From an uncultured bacterium (GTDB taxonomy: Bacteria > Oederibacteriota > JAJYGY01 > DAIDJD01): DNA of 55,614 bases. The stretch spans positions 1-55,614 of the forward strand of contig CAZFUM010000001.1 of the NCBI GenBank assembly GCA_964521965.1, read 5' to 3'. A program made the translations under genes and the position numbers. Of the stretch, positions 37,739 through 46,899 are shown piece by piece. A model generated the notes under the pieces. The model was given only the letters and a program-made list of their open reading frames with translations. It did no database searches and had not been told where the DNA came from. Position 1 is the stretch's first letter; each line of letters starts with the position of its first letter.

Positions 37739-38721
37739 GCCGGCCATTTGCCAGCATTTTGGGCACGGGCTGCTATTTGCCGCCCAAGATACTTACCAAT
37801 GCCGATCTTGAAAAGCGCGTAGACACCACCGACGAATGGATAGTCAGCCGGACCGGTATTCGTGAACGCCGCATGGCCGCCCCCGAAGAGCATGTTTCTG
37901 ACATGGCCAGCAAGGCTGCCGAAAAAGCGCTGGCAGCGGCCGGGTTGAGGGCCAGCGACATCGACGCTATCCTTGTTGCCACTCTCACCCCCGACTATAC
38001 CTGGCCTGCCGCAGCCTGCCTAATTCAGCGCAAGCTAGGCGCAACCCAGGCCTACGCTCTCGATATCTCAGCCGCCTGTTCAGGCTTTGTGTATGCCCTC
38101 AGCTTGGCAGAAGGCATGATAGCCGCAGGCAATGCAAAGTATGTTCTGGTGATTGGCGCCGAAAAGCTAACTTCTTTAGTAGATTGGACCGACCGTAACA
38201 CCTGCGTGCTCTTTGGCGATGGAGCAGGCGCTGCCGTAGTCGGACCCGTGCAGGCTCACCGGAAGATCTTAGCTACCCATCTAGGTTCGGATGGCAATGC
38301 GGTCGAGCTCCTCTATCAACCCGGCGGCGGGACCCTTTGTCCAGCCAGCATAAAAAGCATCGAAGAAAAGCAGCACTACCTCAAGATGAACGGCAAAGAG
38401 GTCTTTAAATTCGCTGTGCGAGTCATGGTCGAAGCTTCTGAAGCCGTAATGAAAAAAGCGGGCCTCGAATTAAAAGATGTCTCGCTCTTCATCCCTCATC
38501 AAGCCAATATACGTATTATTGAATCGGCCGCTGACCGCCTCGGCTTGCCGCCTGACAAGGTCTTCATCAATTTAGATCGCTATGGCAACACCTCGGCTGC
38601 CTCGGTAGCCATTGCCTTAGACGAAGCAGCCGAGCAGGGAAGAATCAAACAGGGTGACAAGGTCGTCTTAGTTGCTTTTGGTGCTGGCCTGACATGGGCC
38701 TCTGCTGCATTGGAATGGTAG
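37735..38721 (+). CDS. fabH: 3-oxoacyl-ACP synthase III
   Basis: TTG start overlaps the plsX stop (TTGA). TSDEWI-type motif TTDEWIVSRTGIRERR, active-site AACSGF, HQAN, and GNTSAAS. Confidence 0.95.
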   Translation: MSRPFASILGTGCYLPPKILTNADLEKRVDTTDEWIVSRTGIRERRMAAPEEHVSDMASKAAEKALAAAGLRASDIDAILVATLTPDYTWPAAACLIQRKLGATQAYALDISAACSGFVYALSLAEGMIAAGNAKYVLVIGAEKLTSLVDWTDRNTCVLFGDGAGAAVVGPVQAHRKILATHLGSDGNAVELLYQPGGGTLCPASIKSIEEKQHYLKMNGKEVFKFAVRVMVEASEAVMKKAGLELKDVSLFIPHQANIRIIESAADRLGLPPDKVFINLDRYGNTSAASVAIALDEAAEQGRIKQGDKVVLVAFGAGLTWASAALEW

Positions 38722-38722
38722 C

Positions 38723-39655
38723 ATGAGCATTGCTTATCTCTTCCCGGGCCAAGGTTCGCAGACTGTCGGTATGGCTGCAGATTTAGCAAGCAGCCACCCC
38801 CTTGCCTTTCGCTTACTCGACCAAGCCAATGAAGTGCTTGGACGGGACCTCAAACAGATTATACTTACAGGACCTGACGAAAGCCTCAAAGACACTCGCA
38901 ACACCCAACCGGCTCTTTACGTCGCAAACCTAGCCTATTACGAAGCCGCCAAAAACTTTTTACCGCCGGCCGATTTTGTGGCGGGCCATTCCTTGGGCGA
39001 GTACTGTGCCCTCACCGTCGCCGGAGTATTCAGCTTTGAAGATGGACTAAAACTGGTTGAAGCTCGAGCTCAAGCTATGTTTGAAGCAGGTCAAAGCAGC
39101 GGCGGTGCCATGTCAGCTGTACTAGGCTTAGACGACGACAAGGTTGAAGCCGCTTGTCGCGAAGCTAGCTCTGCTGGCGGCGTAGTTGTTCCGGCCAATT
39201 TTAATTCTCCGGGCCAGGTCGTGATTTCAGGTGACCCAGTCACCGTGGCCAAAGCCGTTGCGCTCTGCAAGGCGGCGGGTGCCCTTAAATGTGTGCCTCT
39301 CGCTGTATCAGGCGCTTTTCACTCACCCCTCATGAAGCCTGCAGGCCAAAAACTCGAAGGCGCTATGACTCAAGTGGTCTGGCAGCCACCCCGCATTAAG
39401 GTCGTGGCCAATGTCGACGCTGCGCCTTATGCTGATGCTGAGGCAGTCAAGCGAGGCTTAGTTGCGCAAATCAGCTCACCGGTGCGCTGGACCGCCAGCA
39501 TGAATTATCTCGAGGGAGCAGGCCTGACCCAATATTTTGAAATCGGCCCAGGACGCGTGTTGGCTGGCTTAATGAAAAAAATCAACAAGACTGCCCAAGT
39601 TGTCAATTTAGGCGATTCGGCCTCGCTGGCGTCAGCCACCGCGCCCGCGACCTAA
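38723..39655 (+). CDS. fabD: Malonyl-CoA:ACP transacylase
   Basis: FPGQGSQ, active-site GHSLGEY, and VSGAFHSPLM. Confidence 0.95.
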   Translation: MSIAYLFPGQGSQTVGMAADLASSHPLAFRLLDQANEVLGRDLKQIILTGPDESLKDTRNTQPALYVANLAYYEAAKNFLPPADFVAGHSLGEYCALTVAGVFSFEDGLKLVEARAQAMFEAGQSSGGAMSAVLGLDDDKVEAACREASSAGGVVVPANFNSPGQVVISGDPVTVAKAVALCKAAGALKCVPLAVSGAFHSPLMKPAGQKLEGAMTQVVWQPPRIKVVANVDAAPYADAEAVKRGLVAQISSPVRWTASMNYLEGAGLTQYFEIGPGRVLAGLMKKINKTAQVVNLGDSASLASATAPAT

Positions 39656-39667
39656 GGGGATATAGAT

Positions 39668-40417
39668 ATGTCACAGGATCTCAAAGACAAAGTTGCCATT
39701 GTTACAGGCGGCACCCAAGGCATTGGCCTAGAAATCGCTAAGCTTTTTGCCATACATGGTGCTCAGGTACTTATCAGCGGCCGTACACAAGATAAGGCCA
39801 TAACTGTCGCTGAGCAAATATCCAAAGAAAACAACGCCAACGTGGCCGGAATTCAAGCCGATGTGGCAAAATCAAGCGATGTCGAGGCTATGGTGAACAT
39901 GGCTCTTGACAAGTTCAAACGCATCGATATCTTAGTCAACAACGCAGGCATTACTCGTGACAACCTGCTCCTTCGCATGACCGAGCAAGATTTTGACGAG
40001 GTGGTGGCAACCAACCTTAAAGGTGCTTTTCTTTGCTGCAAGGCCGTCTGCCGTACTATGCTCAAGCAACGCCAAGGCAGCATGATCAATATTTCAAGCG
40101 TCGTGGGCCTAAGCGGCAATGCCGGGCAAGCCAACTACGCGGCCACCAAGGCCGGCCTGATCGGGCTGACCAAGTCACTGGCCAAAGAACTAGCTTCACG
40201 TACAATTCGCGTTAATGCCATCGCGCCGGGCTTCATTCGCACCGCGATGACAGACGATCTAAGTGAAGAGGCCCGAAAAGCCTTGTTAGATCAAATTCCC
40301 CTAGGCCGCTTTGGCGAAGGCAGTGAAATTGCCGAGGTTGCCTTGTTTTTAGGTTCTGATCGTTCCCGCTATGTCACCGGGCAGGTGCTCCGGATTGACG
40401 GCGGCATGATGATGTAA
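39668..40417 (+). CDS. fabG: 3-oxoacyl-ACP reductase
   Basis: [14 protein letters not shown], the catalytic S...YAATKAG motif, and [10 protein letters not shown]. Confidence 0.95.
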   Translation: MSQDLKDKVAIVTGGTQGIGLEIAKLFAIHGAQVLISGRTQDKAITVAEQISKENNANVAGIQADVAKSSDVEAMVNMALDKFKRIDILVNNAGITRDNLLLRMTEQDFDEVVATNLKGAFLCCKAVCRTMLKQRQGSMINISSVVGLSGNAGQANYAATKAGLIGLTKSLAKELASRTIRVNAIAPGFIRTAMTDDLSEEARKALLDQIPLGRFGEGSEIAEVALFLGSDRSRYVTGQVLRIDGGMMM

Positions 40418-40436
40418 CCAACGAGAGGAGACAAGC

Positions 40437-40673
40437 GTGGCCATCGAAGAAAAGGTCAAAGAGATCATCGTCGAACAGCTCGGTGTAGAGGCTGCCCAGG
40501 TTAAAGAAGACGCTTCATTCATCGACGATCTTGGCGCGGACTCCCTCGATACCGTCGAGCTGGTGATGGCGTTCGAAGAAGAATTCAATATCGAGATTCC
40601 TGACGAAGAGGCCGAGAAAATTAAGAAGGTTTCTGACGCCATCGATTACATCAAGGCTCACGCCAAATCGTGA
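40437..40673 (+). CDS. acpP: Acyl carrier protein
   Basis: GTG start after GAGAGGAG. Phosphopantetheine site [20 protein letters not shown]. Confidence 0.95.
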   Translation: MAIEEKVKEIIVEQLGVEAAQVKEDASFIDDLGADSLDTVELVMAFEEEFNIEIPDEEAEKIKKVSDAIDYIKAHAKS

Positions 40674-40712
40674 GCCCTTCCCATGACGGGAAGCGTTCAT
40701 GATGGCAAGGCA

Positions 40713-40755
40713 AACGCGATCCGGCGCGCAATAGCAGGGATCGCGTTTTCTTTTG
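40713..40755 (+). terminator. Intra-operon hairpin plus T-tract between acpP and fabF (probable partial terminator/attenuator)
   Basis: A 10-bp perfect stem, aacgcgatcc (40713-40722) / ggatcgcgtt (40738-40747), is followed by ttcttttg. A second small hairpin, cttccc-atgac-gggaag, lies just upstream. Confidence 0.5.
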
Positions 40756-40777
40756 AATCTTTGCTGAGGACAACAAG

Positions 40778-42031
40778 ATGTTCCAACGGCGAATAGTGGT
40801 CACGGGTCTGGGTGCTGTTACGCCCCTAGGCCTTGATGTTGAAACCTCATTCAAAGGGTTACTTGAGGGCAAATCGGGCGTAACCGTTTTTGACCGTTTT
40901 GACATGACCGGCTATGCTGCCAAGATTGCGGGGACGGTCAAGGGTTTCGAACTTTCGCCCAGCATCGCTGACAAAAAAGAAGCACGTCGCATGGACACCT
41001 TTGTTCAATTTGCGGTGGCTTGCGCAGACCAAGCTATTCGCGATTCAGGCATCGACCTTGACAAAGTTGATCGTGATCGTTTTGGAGCCCTCATCGGCAG
41101 CGGCATTGGCGGCTTAGCTGTCATCGAAGAACAAAATAGAATCATCTATGAAAAAGGCCCAGGAAGAGTGAATCCATTTCTCATTCCTATGCTCATCGTT
41201 AACATGGCCCCGGGGCATGTGGCCATAAAATTTGGCCTTCGTGGCCCCAATATCTGCGTGGCCACGGCTTGCGCCACCGGTAACCACGCTATTGGCGATG
41301 CTGCTTGGATCATTTCTCGCGGCGATGCCGACATCATGATCGCCGGCGGCACAGAGGCTGCCATCACGCCTTTGGGCTTGGCTGGTTTTTGTTCAGCTCG
41401 TGCTCTTTCTACGCGTAATGATTCGCCTGAAACCGCCAGCCGTCCTTTTGACAGGGATCGGGATGGTTTTGTCATGGGCGAAGGCTGCGGCCTACTTATT
41501 CTTGAAGAACTAGAACACGCTAAAAAGCGTGGCGCTAAGATTTATGCCGAAATCGGGGGCTATGGCCTGTCGGATGACGCTCATCACATGACCGCCCCCC
41601 CTGAAGATGGCAACGGCGCATACCGGGCCATGAAAATGGCATTGGATAACGCCAAGGTTCGGCCCGAAGAAGTCGATTATGTAAATGCTCACGGAACCTC
41701 AACGCCCCTCGGCGACAAGGCTGAGACTTTGGCCATTTGCCGACTCTTTGGCGAACATGCGACATCTAAGAAACTTTGGATTTCATCGACCAAATCAATG
41801 ACGGGACATCTCTTGGGTGCAGCGGGTGGCGTTGAATCTGTGGCCTGCATTAAGATGTTACAAACCGGAAAAATTCATCCCACCATTAATCAGTTCAATA
41901 GCGATCCCGATTGCGGTCTAGACTATGTGCCTAATCAAGCCCGCGAAAAGAAGATCAAATACGCCCTGAATAATTCATTTGGCTTCGGCGGCGTGAACGC
42001 CTGTCTTTTGCTGAAAACCTTCGAGGACTAA
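40778..42031 (+). CDS. fabF: 3-oxoacyl-ACP synthase II
   Basis: [15 protein letters not shown], active-site [18 protein letters not shown], and SFGFGGVNA. Confidence 0.95.
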   Translation: MFQRRIVVTGLGAVTPLGLDVETSFKGLLEGKSGVTVFDRFDMTGYAAKIAGTVKGFELSPSIADKKEARRMDTFVQFAVACADQAIRDSGIDLDKVDRDRFGALIGSGIGGLAVIEEQNRIIYEKGPGRVNPFLIPMLIVNMAPGHVAIKFGLRGPNICVATACATGNHAIGDAAWIISRGDADIMIAGGTEAAITPLGLAGFCSARALSTRNDSPETASRPFDRDRDGFVMGEGCGLLILEELEHAKKRGAKIYAEIGGYGLSDDAHHMTAPPEDGNGAYRAMKMALDNAKVRPEEVDYVNAHGTSTPLGDKAETLAICRLFGEHATSKKLWISSTKSMTGHLLGAAGGVESVACIKMLQTGKIHPTINQFNSDPDCGLDYVPNQAREKKIKYALNNSFGFGGVNACLLLKTFED

Positions 42032-42745
42032 GTGCCCCGTCGCGGGGCAGATCGGGCTGAGGTCGATGCCTTGCTAGGTCGCATGGGCGTGAGTACTAAC
42101 AACCCTGAGATCTTCACTGACGCTTTGCGTCATCGCAGTGTGCTCAATGAAAGCTCGGCCAAACAGTCTAGCAACGAACGTCTAGAATTCTTGGGCGATT
42201 CGGTGCTAGGCGCAGCTGTCTCAGAATATCTTTACACCCAATTTCCAGACCTCAACGAAGGCCAACTGGCACGTAAAAAATCTGCTCTCGTCAGTGAAAC
42301 CTCGCTGGCTGCCTGGGCTAGTCATTATGAGATGGGCCGTTACCTAGAATTGGGCAAGGGCGAAGAACAAACCGGGGGCAGAGAAAAACAAGCCATCTTG
42401 GCCGACGCTTTTGAAGCGGTCTTAGGCGCACTCTTTATGGACCAAGGCTGGAAAGCTGCCCAAGACTTTATATTTCGCTGCGTACAAGAAAACCCCCTAG
42501 CTCGCGGAGTCCAGAAAACCCTCGATGCTAAATCGCGTTTGCAAGAATGGAGCCAAAAGCTATATAAGAAACCCCCCTTTTATCGCCTATTGAAAACTGA
42601 AGGACCGGATCACGCCAAGGAGTTTGAAGTTGAGGTTTTAGTCGGCGGCCAAATTATTGCGCGCGGAAAAGGAAAAACTAAGAAGGAAGCTGAACAAGAT
42701 GGCGCATCACGCGCTTTGGACGATCTTGTCCACAAGGAAGCCTGA
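42032..42745 (+). CDS. rnc: Ribonuclease III
   Basis: GTG start directly after the fabF stop. RNase III signature NERLEFLGDSVLG. C-terminal dsRBD GPDHAKEFEVEV...GKGKTKKEAEQDGA. Confidence 0.95.
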   Translation: MPRRGADRAEVDALLGRMGVSTNNPEIFTDALRHRSVLNESSAKQSSNERLEFLGDSVLGAAVSEYLYTQFPDLNEGQLARKKSALVSETSLAAWASHYEMGRYLELGKGEEQTGGREKQAILADAFEAVLGALFMDQGWKAAQDFIFRCVQENPLARGVQKTLDAKSRLQEWSQKLYKKPPFYRLLKTEGPDHAKEFEVEVLVGGQIIARGKGKTKKEAEQDGASRALDDLVHKEA

Positions 42746-42832
42746 TCCTAGTTGCGAAAACCCGGGTCTTCGATTATGCTTTCGCCTCACTTTGTGAATT
42801 TTCTCACAAAGTCCCCTGACGGAGCCCGAGCG

Positions 42833-43306
42833 ATGCCAGGCGATCCCCTACAAGACGTTATCGTCACAACCCGCCTTGATAAAGTGCTGGGTTGGGCCCG
42901 CAAATATTCCCTCTTTCAATATCCTTTTGTGACGGCTTGCTGCGGCATGGAATACATGGCTGTATCAGCCTCGCATTATGACACCGACCGCTTTGGCGCT
43001 GCCTTTCCTCGTTTTTCACCTCGCCAAGCTGACCTCTTGATGGTGGTCGGCACTATCACCCACAAACAGGCCCCCATTCTTAAGCGCGTCTATGACCAAA
43101 TGTGCGACCCGAAATGGGTAGTGGCGTTTGGTGTTTGCGCTACTTCAGGTGGGTTCTATCAAAATTATGGCTCGGTTCCTGGCATCGATTGCTTTCTGCC
43201 CGTGGACATGTACATCCCAGGCTGCCCGCCTCGCCCTGAGACCGTGATTGACGCCTTACTTAAACTGCAAGAACGCATTCAAAATTCCCGTCAGGCCTTG
43301 GTCTAA
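42833..43306 (+). CDS. nuoB: NADH-quinone oxidoreductase subunit B
   Basis: FVTACCGMEYMAV, GVCATSGG and IPGCPPRPE (N2 cluster ligands). ATG 42833 has GGAG 8 nt upstream. The frame is open from 42752, so the start is uncertain. Confidence 0.9.
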   Translation: MPGDPLQDVIVTTRLDKVLGWARKYSLFQYPFVTACCGMEYMAVSASHYDTDRFGAAFPRFSPRQADLLMVVGTITHKQAPILKRVYDQMCDPKWVVAFGVCATSGGFYQNYGSVPGIDCFLPVDMYIPGCPPRPETVIDALLKLQERIQNSRQALV

Positions 43307-43309
43307 AGC

Positions 43310-43861
43310 ATGAGCAATATCAGCCTTTCGCAGCTGCTTGCCGATAAATTGGGTACCCTGCGTTTGAATCTTGAGATTCAGTCGGGCGCCGAAGTGCAAG
43401 TCATCGCTCCGGCCTCGTTGCTCACAGCCATTGATTTACTCAAACAAGACGAAGCCTTAGCTTTCGATCTGCTTATGGATTTAGCGGGCGCGGACTATTC
43501 AAAGTATCCCAACGCCCCTAGCAATCCTCTTTGCGTTTCCTACCAGCTTTATTCGACTCGCCACAACCAGCGGGCTTGGCTCAAGGTTTACCTGCCCATG
43601 CAGGGGCCTGAAATAGCCTCACTGTGCGCTGTCTTTGCCGCAGCCAATTGGTACGAACGAGAATGTTGGGATATGTACGGCGTGGTCTTTAAGGGCCATC
43701 CCCATCTCAAACGCATCTTACTTTACGAAGAATTCGAAGGCCATCCGCTGCGCAAAGACTATCCCATTATGAAAATGCAGCCGCTCATTCCGATGCGCAA
43801 CGCTGTGGACTATGAAGCCGTCGCTCAGCAGGCCCGCCGCGAAAACGTGGAAGGGAGCTGA
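43310..43861 (+). CDS. nuoC: NADH-quinone oxidoreductase subunit C
   Basis: ANWYERECWDMYGVVFKGHPHLKRILL...HPLRKDYP. Confidence 0.92.
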   Translation: MSNISLSQLLADKLGTLRLNLEIQSGAEVQVIAPASLLTAIDLLKQDEALAFDLLMDLAGADYSKYPNAPSNPLCVSYQLYSTRHNQRAWLKVYLPMQGPEIASLCAVFAAANWYERECWDMYGVVFKGHPHLKRILLYEEFEGHPLRKDYPIMKMQPLIPMRNAVDYEAVAQQARRENVEGS

Positions 43862-43867
43862 GCCGCC

Positions 43868-45097
43868 GTGCCCATGGAACTCAAAGAAAAGTTTCCCGAA
43901 AGAGCCGCCGATCGCGAGGACTTTGATATTCAGCCCATGATTATCAATATGGGGCCTTCGCATCCCGCCATGCATGGCACCGTCAAAATGGTGCTAAAAC
44001 TAGATGGCGAGACGGTTGTGGGCGCCGAGATGGACATCGGCTATTTGCATCGCTGCTTCGAAAAAACTGTCGAGTGCAAGACTTGGAACCAAGCTATTCC
44101 CTACACAGACCGCCTCAACTACGTCAGCCCCCTCATCAATAACGTGGGCTACGCGATGGCCGTCGAAAAACTTCTGGGCATCACCGTACCCGAGCGCTGC
44201 CAGTACATTCGCGTTGTCATGAGTGAGTTATCTCGCGTGGGCGATCACCTGACCTGCATCGGTGCATCCGCCATGGAGTTAGGCGCACTCACCCCCTTTC
44301 TCTATTTCGTCAAGGCCCGCGAGTACACTTGGCAGCTCATCGAAGAAGTTACTGGTGCGCGCTTGACAATTTCTTACACCCGCGTGGGCGGTGTGGTGCG
44401 CGATCTTCCCGCTAGTTTTGGCGAACGCTATGCCTATGTAGAGAGCAAAGTTTACGAAGCCGTGAGCGAAGTACGCGCTTTGCTCGACCACAACCGCATC
44501 TTTATTGACCGCATGAAGGGCATTGGCATCATGCCCAAAGAGAGAGCGCTAAGTTACGGTATGACAGGCCCCTTTGCACGCGCGTCGGGTCTGCCTTATG
44601 ACGTCCGCAAGGCACAGCCTTATCTCATTTATGACCGCATGAAATTCGAGGTGCCCACCCGCAGCGCAGGCGACAATTACGCTCGCTATGAGGTGCGACT
44701 AGCCGAGATCGAACAGAGCCTAAGCATCATTCGCCAATGTTTAGCGCAAATGCCAGAAGGCCCTATACGCAGCAAAGACACGCGCGTAAGCCTGCCCCGC
44801 AAGAAAGAGGTCTATTCAAACATCGAAGCCCTTATGAACCATTTCAAGCTCATCATGCCTGGCCACGGCATACGCCCTGAAGCTGGCGAAGTGTACATGG
44901 CCGTTGAAGGCGGCAATGGCGAACTCGGTTTCTGGGTTATTTCTGACGGTTCAGACCGGCCTTACCGCGTGCGCGTGCGCCCGCCCTGCTTTCCCATTAC
45001 TTCTGCAGTCGAAGAACTGGTGCTCGGCGAGCAACTCTCTGACATCATCCCAATCTTTGGCAGCGTCAACATGATTGGCGGAGAGATCGACCGATGA
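43868..45097 (+). CDS. nuoD: NADH-quinone oxidoreductase subunit D
   Basis: NMGPSHPAMHGT, DIGYLHRCFEK, and the C-terminal VRVRPPCFP...GSVNMIGGEIDR. Confidence 0.95.
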   Translation: MPMELKEKFPERAADREDFDIQPMIINMGPSHPAMHGTVKMVLKLDGETVVGAEMDIGYLHRCFEKTVECKTWNQAIPYTDRLNYVSPLINNVGYAMAVEKLLGITVPERCQYIRVVMSELSRVGDHLTCIGASAMELGALTPFLYFVKAREYTWQLIEEVTGARLTISYTRVGGVVRDLPASFGERYAYVESKVYEAVSEVRALLDHNRIFIDRMKGIGIMPKERALSYGMTGPFARASGLPYDVRKAQPYLIYDRMKFEVPTRSAGDNYARYEVRLAEIEQSLSIIRQCLAQMPEGPIRSKDTRVSLPRKKEVYSNIEALMNHFKLIMPGHGIRPEAGEVYMAVEGGNGELGFWVISDGSDRPYRVRVRPPCFPITSAVEELVLGEQLSDIIPIFGSVNMIGGEIDR

Positions 45098-45579
45098 GCA
45101 TTTTGACCTCAGACCTCAAAGAGAAATTTGAGACTCTGCTGACGCATTACCCGGCGGACCAGCGTCAAGCGGCGGTTATTCCCATTTTGCATTTGGCTCA
45201 AGCCAAAGCCGGCTTACTCACGGCAGACGCCCAACAAGAAGTGGCAGATTACATTGGCATTCCTGTATCGAAGGTGCACGAAGTAGTCAGCTTCTACACC
45301 ATGCTGAGCGAAAAACCTCGCGGCAGAAATCACATGTTGGTTTGCAAGACACTACCCTGCGAATTAACTGGCTGCAGCGCGGTCATCAAGGCTGTCCACG
45401 ATAAGCTCGGTTTGAATGACGGCCAGGTTAGCGCTGACGGCAAGTTTTCTCTCGAAGTGGTGGAATGTTTAGCTCGCTGCGGTGAAGGCCCTGTCATGCA
45501 AGTTGGCGAAGAAGTCTTCACCGAGCTCACGCCCGAAAAGACCGCCCAAGTCATTGATCAGCTCGCAAAGAGGCCCTGA
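45094..45579 (+). CDS. nuoE: NADH-quinone oxidoreductase subunit E (2Fe-2S)
   Basis: ATGA overlap with nuoD. The Cys pattern VCKTLPC...C..C(G)EGPVMQV is that of the N1a cluster. Confidence 0.92.
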   Translation: MSILTSDLKEKFETLLTHYPADQRQAAVIPILHLAQAKAGLLTADAQQEVADYIGIPVSKVHEVVSFYTMLSEKPRGRNHMLVCKTLPCELTGCSAVIKAVHDKLGLNDGQVSADGKFSLEVVECLARCGEGPVMQVGEEVFTELTPEKTAQVIDQLAKRP

Positions 45580-46886
45580 TGGCTGAGACCCTGCTGCTCA
45601 CGCGCAATTTTGATAATCCCAAGGCATTGACCTTGGACGGCTATATCGCCACAGGCGGCTACGAGGGGCTTAAGAAAGCTCTGAAAATGGAGAAAGCTGC
45701 CATTGTCGAAGAAGTAAAAAAAGCTAACTTACGCGGCCGCGGTGGCGCTGGCTTTCCTGCAGGCATGAAGTGGTCCTTTTTGCCAAAAGATCACAAAGGC
45801 CCCAAATACCTTTGTGTCAATGCCGACGAAGGCGAACCAGGTACTTTTAAAGACGGGCCCTTAATGGAAAAAGACCCGCACCAAATGATAGAAGGCGTGA
45901 TCATTGCTTGCTACGCCCTCGATATCCATACGGCTTATATTTACATTCGCGGCGAGTTTCACAAATCTATCGCCATCGTCGATAAAGCACTCGAAGAATG
46001 TCGCACTCAGGGCGTTTTTGGCGACAAGATTTTTGGCACCGACTTCAAACTCGCCATCTGGACCCATCCTGGTGCCGGCGCCTATATTTGTGGCGAAGAA
46101 ACTGGATTAATTAGCTCGCTCGAGGGCAAGAAAGGCTTCCCAAAACTAAAGCCGCCCTTCCCAGCCATTAAAGGTCTTTTTGATTCGCCGACAATAGTGA
46201 ACAACGTCGAGACCTTGGCCTGCGTGCCTCACATCTTGACCTTGGGCGCCGAAGCATTTGCAGCCTTGGGTGTTGAAAAAAACGGCGGCACAAAACTCTA
46301 TTGCGTATCCGGTCAGATTAGCAAGCCAGGCCTCTACGAATTGTCCCACGCCACCACCTTGCGGCAATTGCTCTTTGACGTTTGCGGCGGGCCTCGGCCA
46401 GGCCGAACTATCAAAGCTGTCATTCCGGGTGGCTCGTCTGCGCCTGTATTGACCGCCGACGAGTTAGATGTACGCATGGATTTTGATTCATTGATGAAAG
46501 CCGGCTCCATGCTGGGCTCGGCGGCAATCATCGTGATGGATGACAGCACAAGTATGGTAAGGGCCCTCGACAACCTCTTGGCCTTCTATGCGCACGAATC
46601 TTGTGGCCAATGCACACCCTGTCGCGAAGGCACACGCTGGATGAATAAAATTTTGCACGATATCGCCGCAGGCCAAGGCGAGGTGGGCGATCTTGACAAA
46701 GTACTCAACATCACGGATCAAATGGTCGGCAATACCATTTGCGTGTTAGCGGATGCTGCCGCTTTTCCAGCCCGCAGTTTCATTACCAAGTTCCGTTCTG
46801 AATTCGAGACCTACATCAAGGGTGGCCAACGCCTATCCTTGACCGGTTTTAAGCCCGAGGCCGCGCCGGCCTTGGCGGCACACTGA
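45579..46886 (+). CDS. nuoF: NADH-quinone oxidoreductase subunit F (FMN/NADH-binding, 4Fe-4S)
   Basis: LRGRGGAGFPAGMKW, NADEGEPGTFKD, and ESCGQCTPCREG. Confidence 0.95.
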   Translation: MAETLLLTRNFDNPKALTLDGYIATGGYEGLKKALKMEKAAIVEEVKKANLRGRGGAGFPAGMKWSFLPKDHKGPKYLCVNADEGEPGTFKDGPLMEKDPHQMIEGVIIACYALDIHTAYIYIRGEFHKSIAIVDKALEECRTQGVFGDKIFGTDFKLAIWTHPGAGAYICGEETGLISSLEGKKGFPKLKPPFPAIKGLFDSPTIVNNVETLACVPHILTLGAEAFAALGVEKNGGTKLYCVSGQISKPGLYELSHATTLRQLLFDVCGGPRPGRTIKAVIPGGSSAPVLTADELDVRMDFDSLMKAGSMLGSAAIIVMDDSTSMVRALDNLLAFYAHESCGQCTPCREGTRWMNKILHDIAAGQGEVGDLDKVLNITDQMVGNTICVLADAAAFPARSFITKFRSEFETYIKGGQRLSLTGFKPEAAPALAAH

Positions 46887-46899
46887 GGCAGGGAAGCGC

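Noticed and set aside
37279-37893. A 204-aa antisense ORF spanning the plsX/fabH junction
   Set aside because: It overlaps two highly conserved sense genes. It has no motifs and is a typical shadow ORF.
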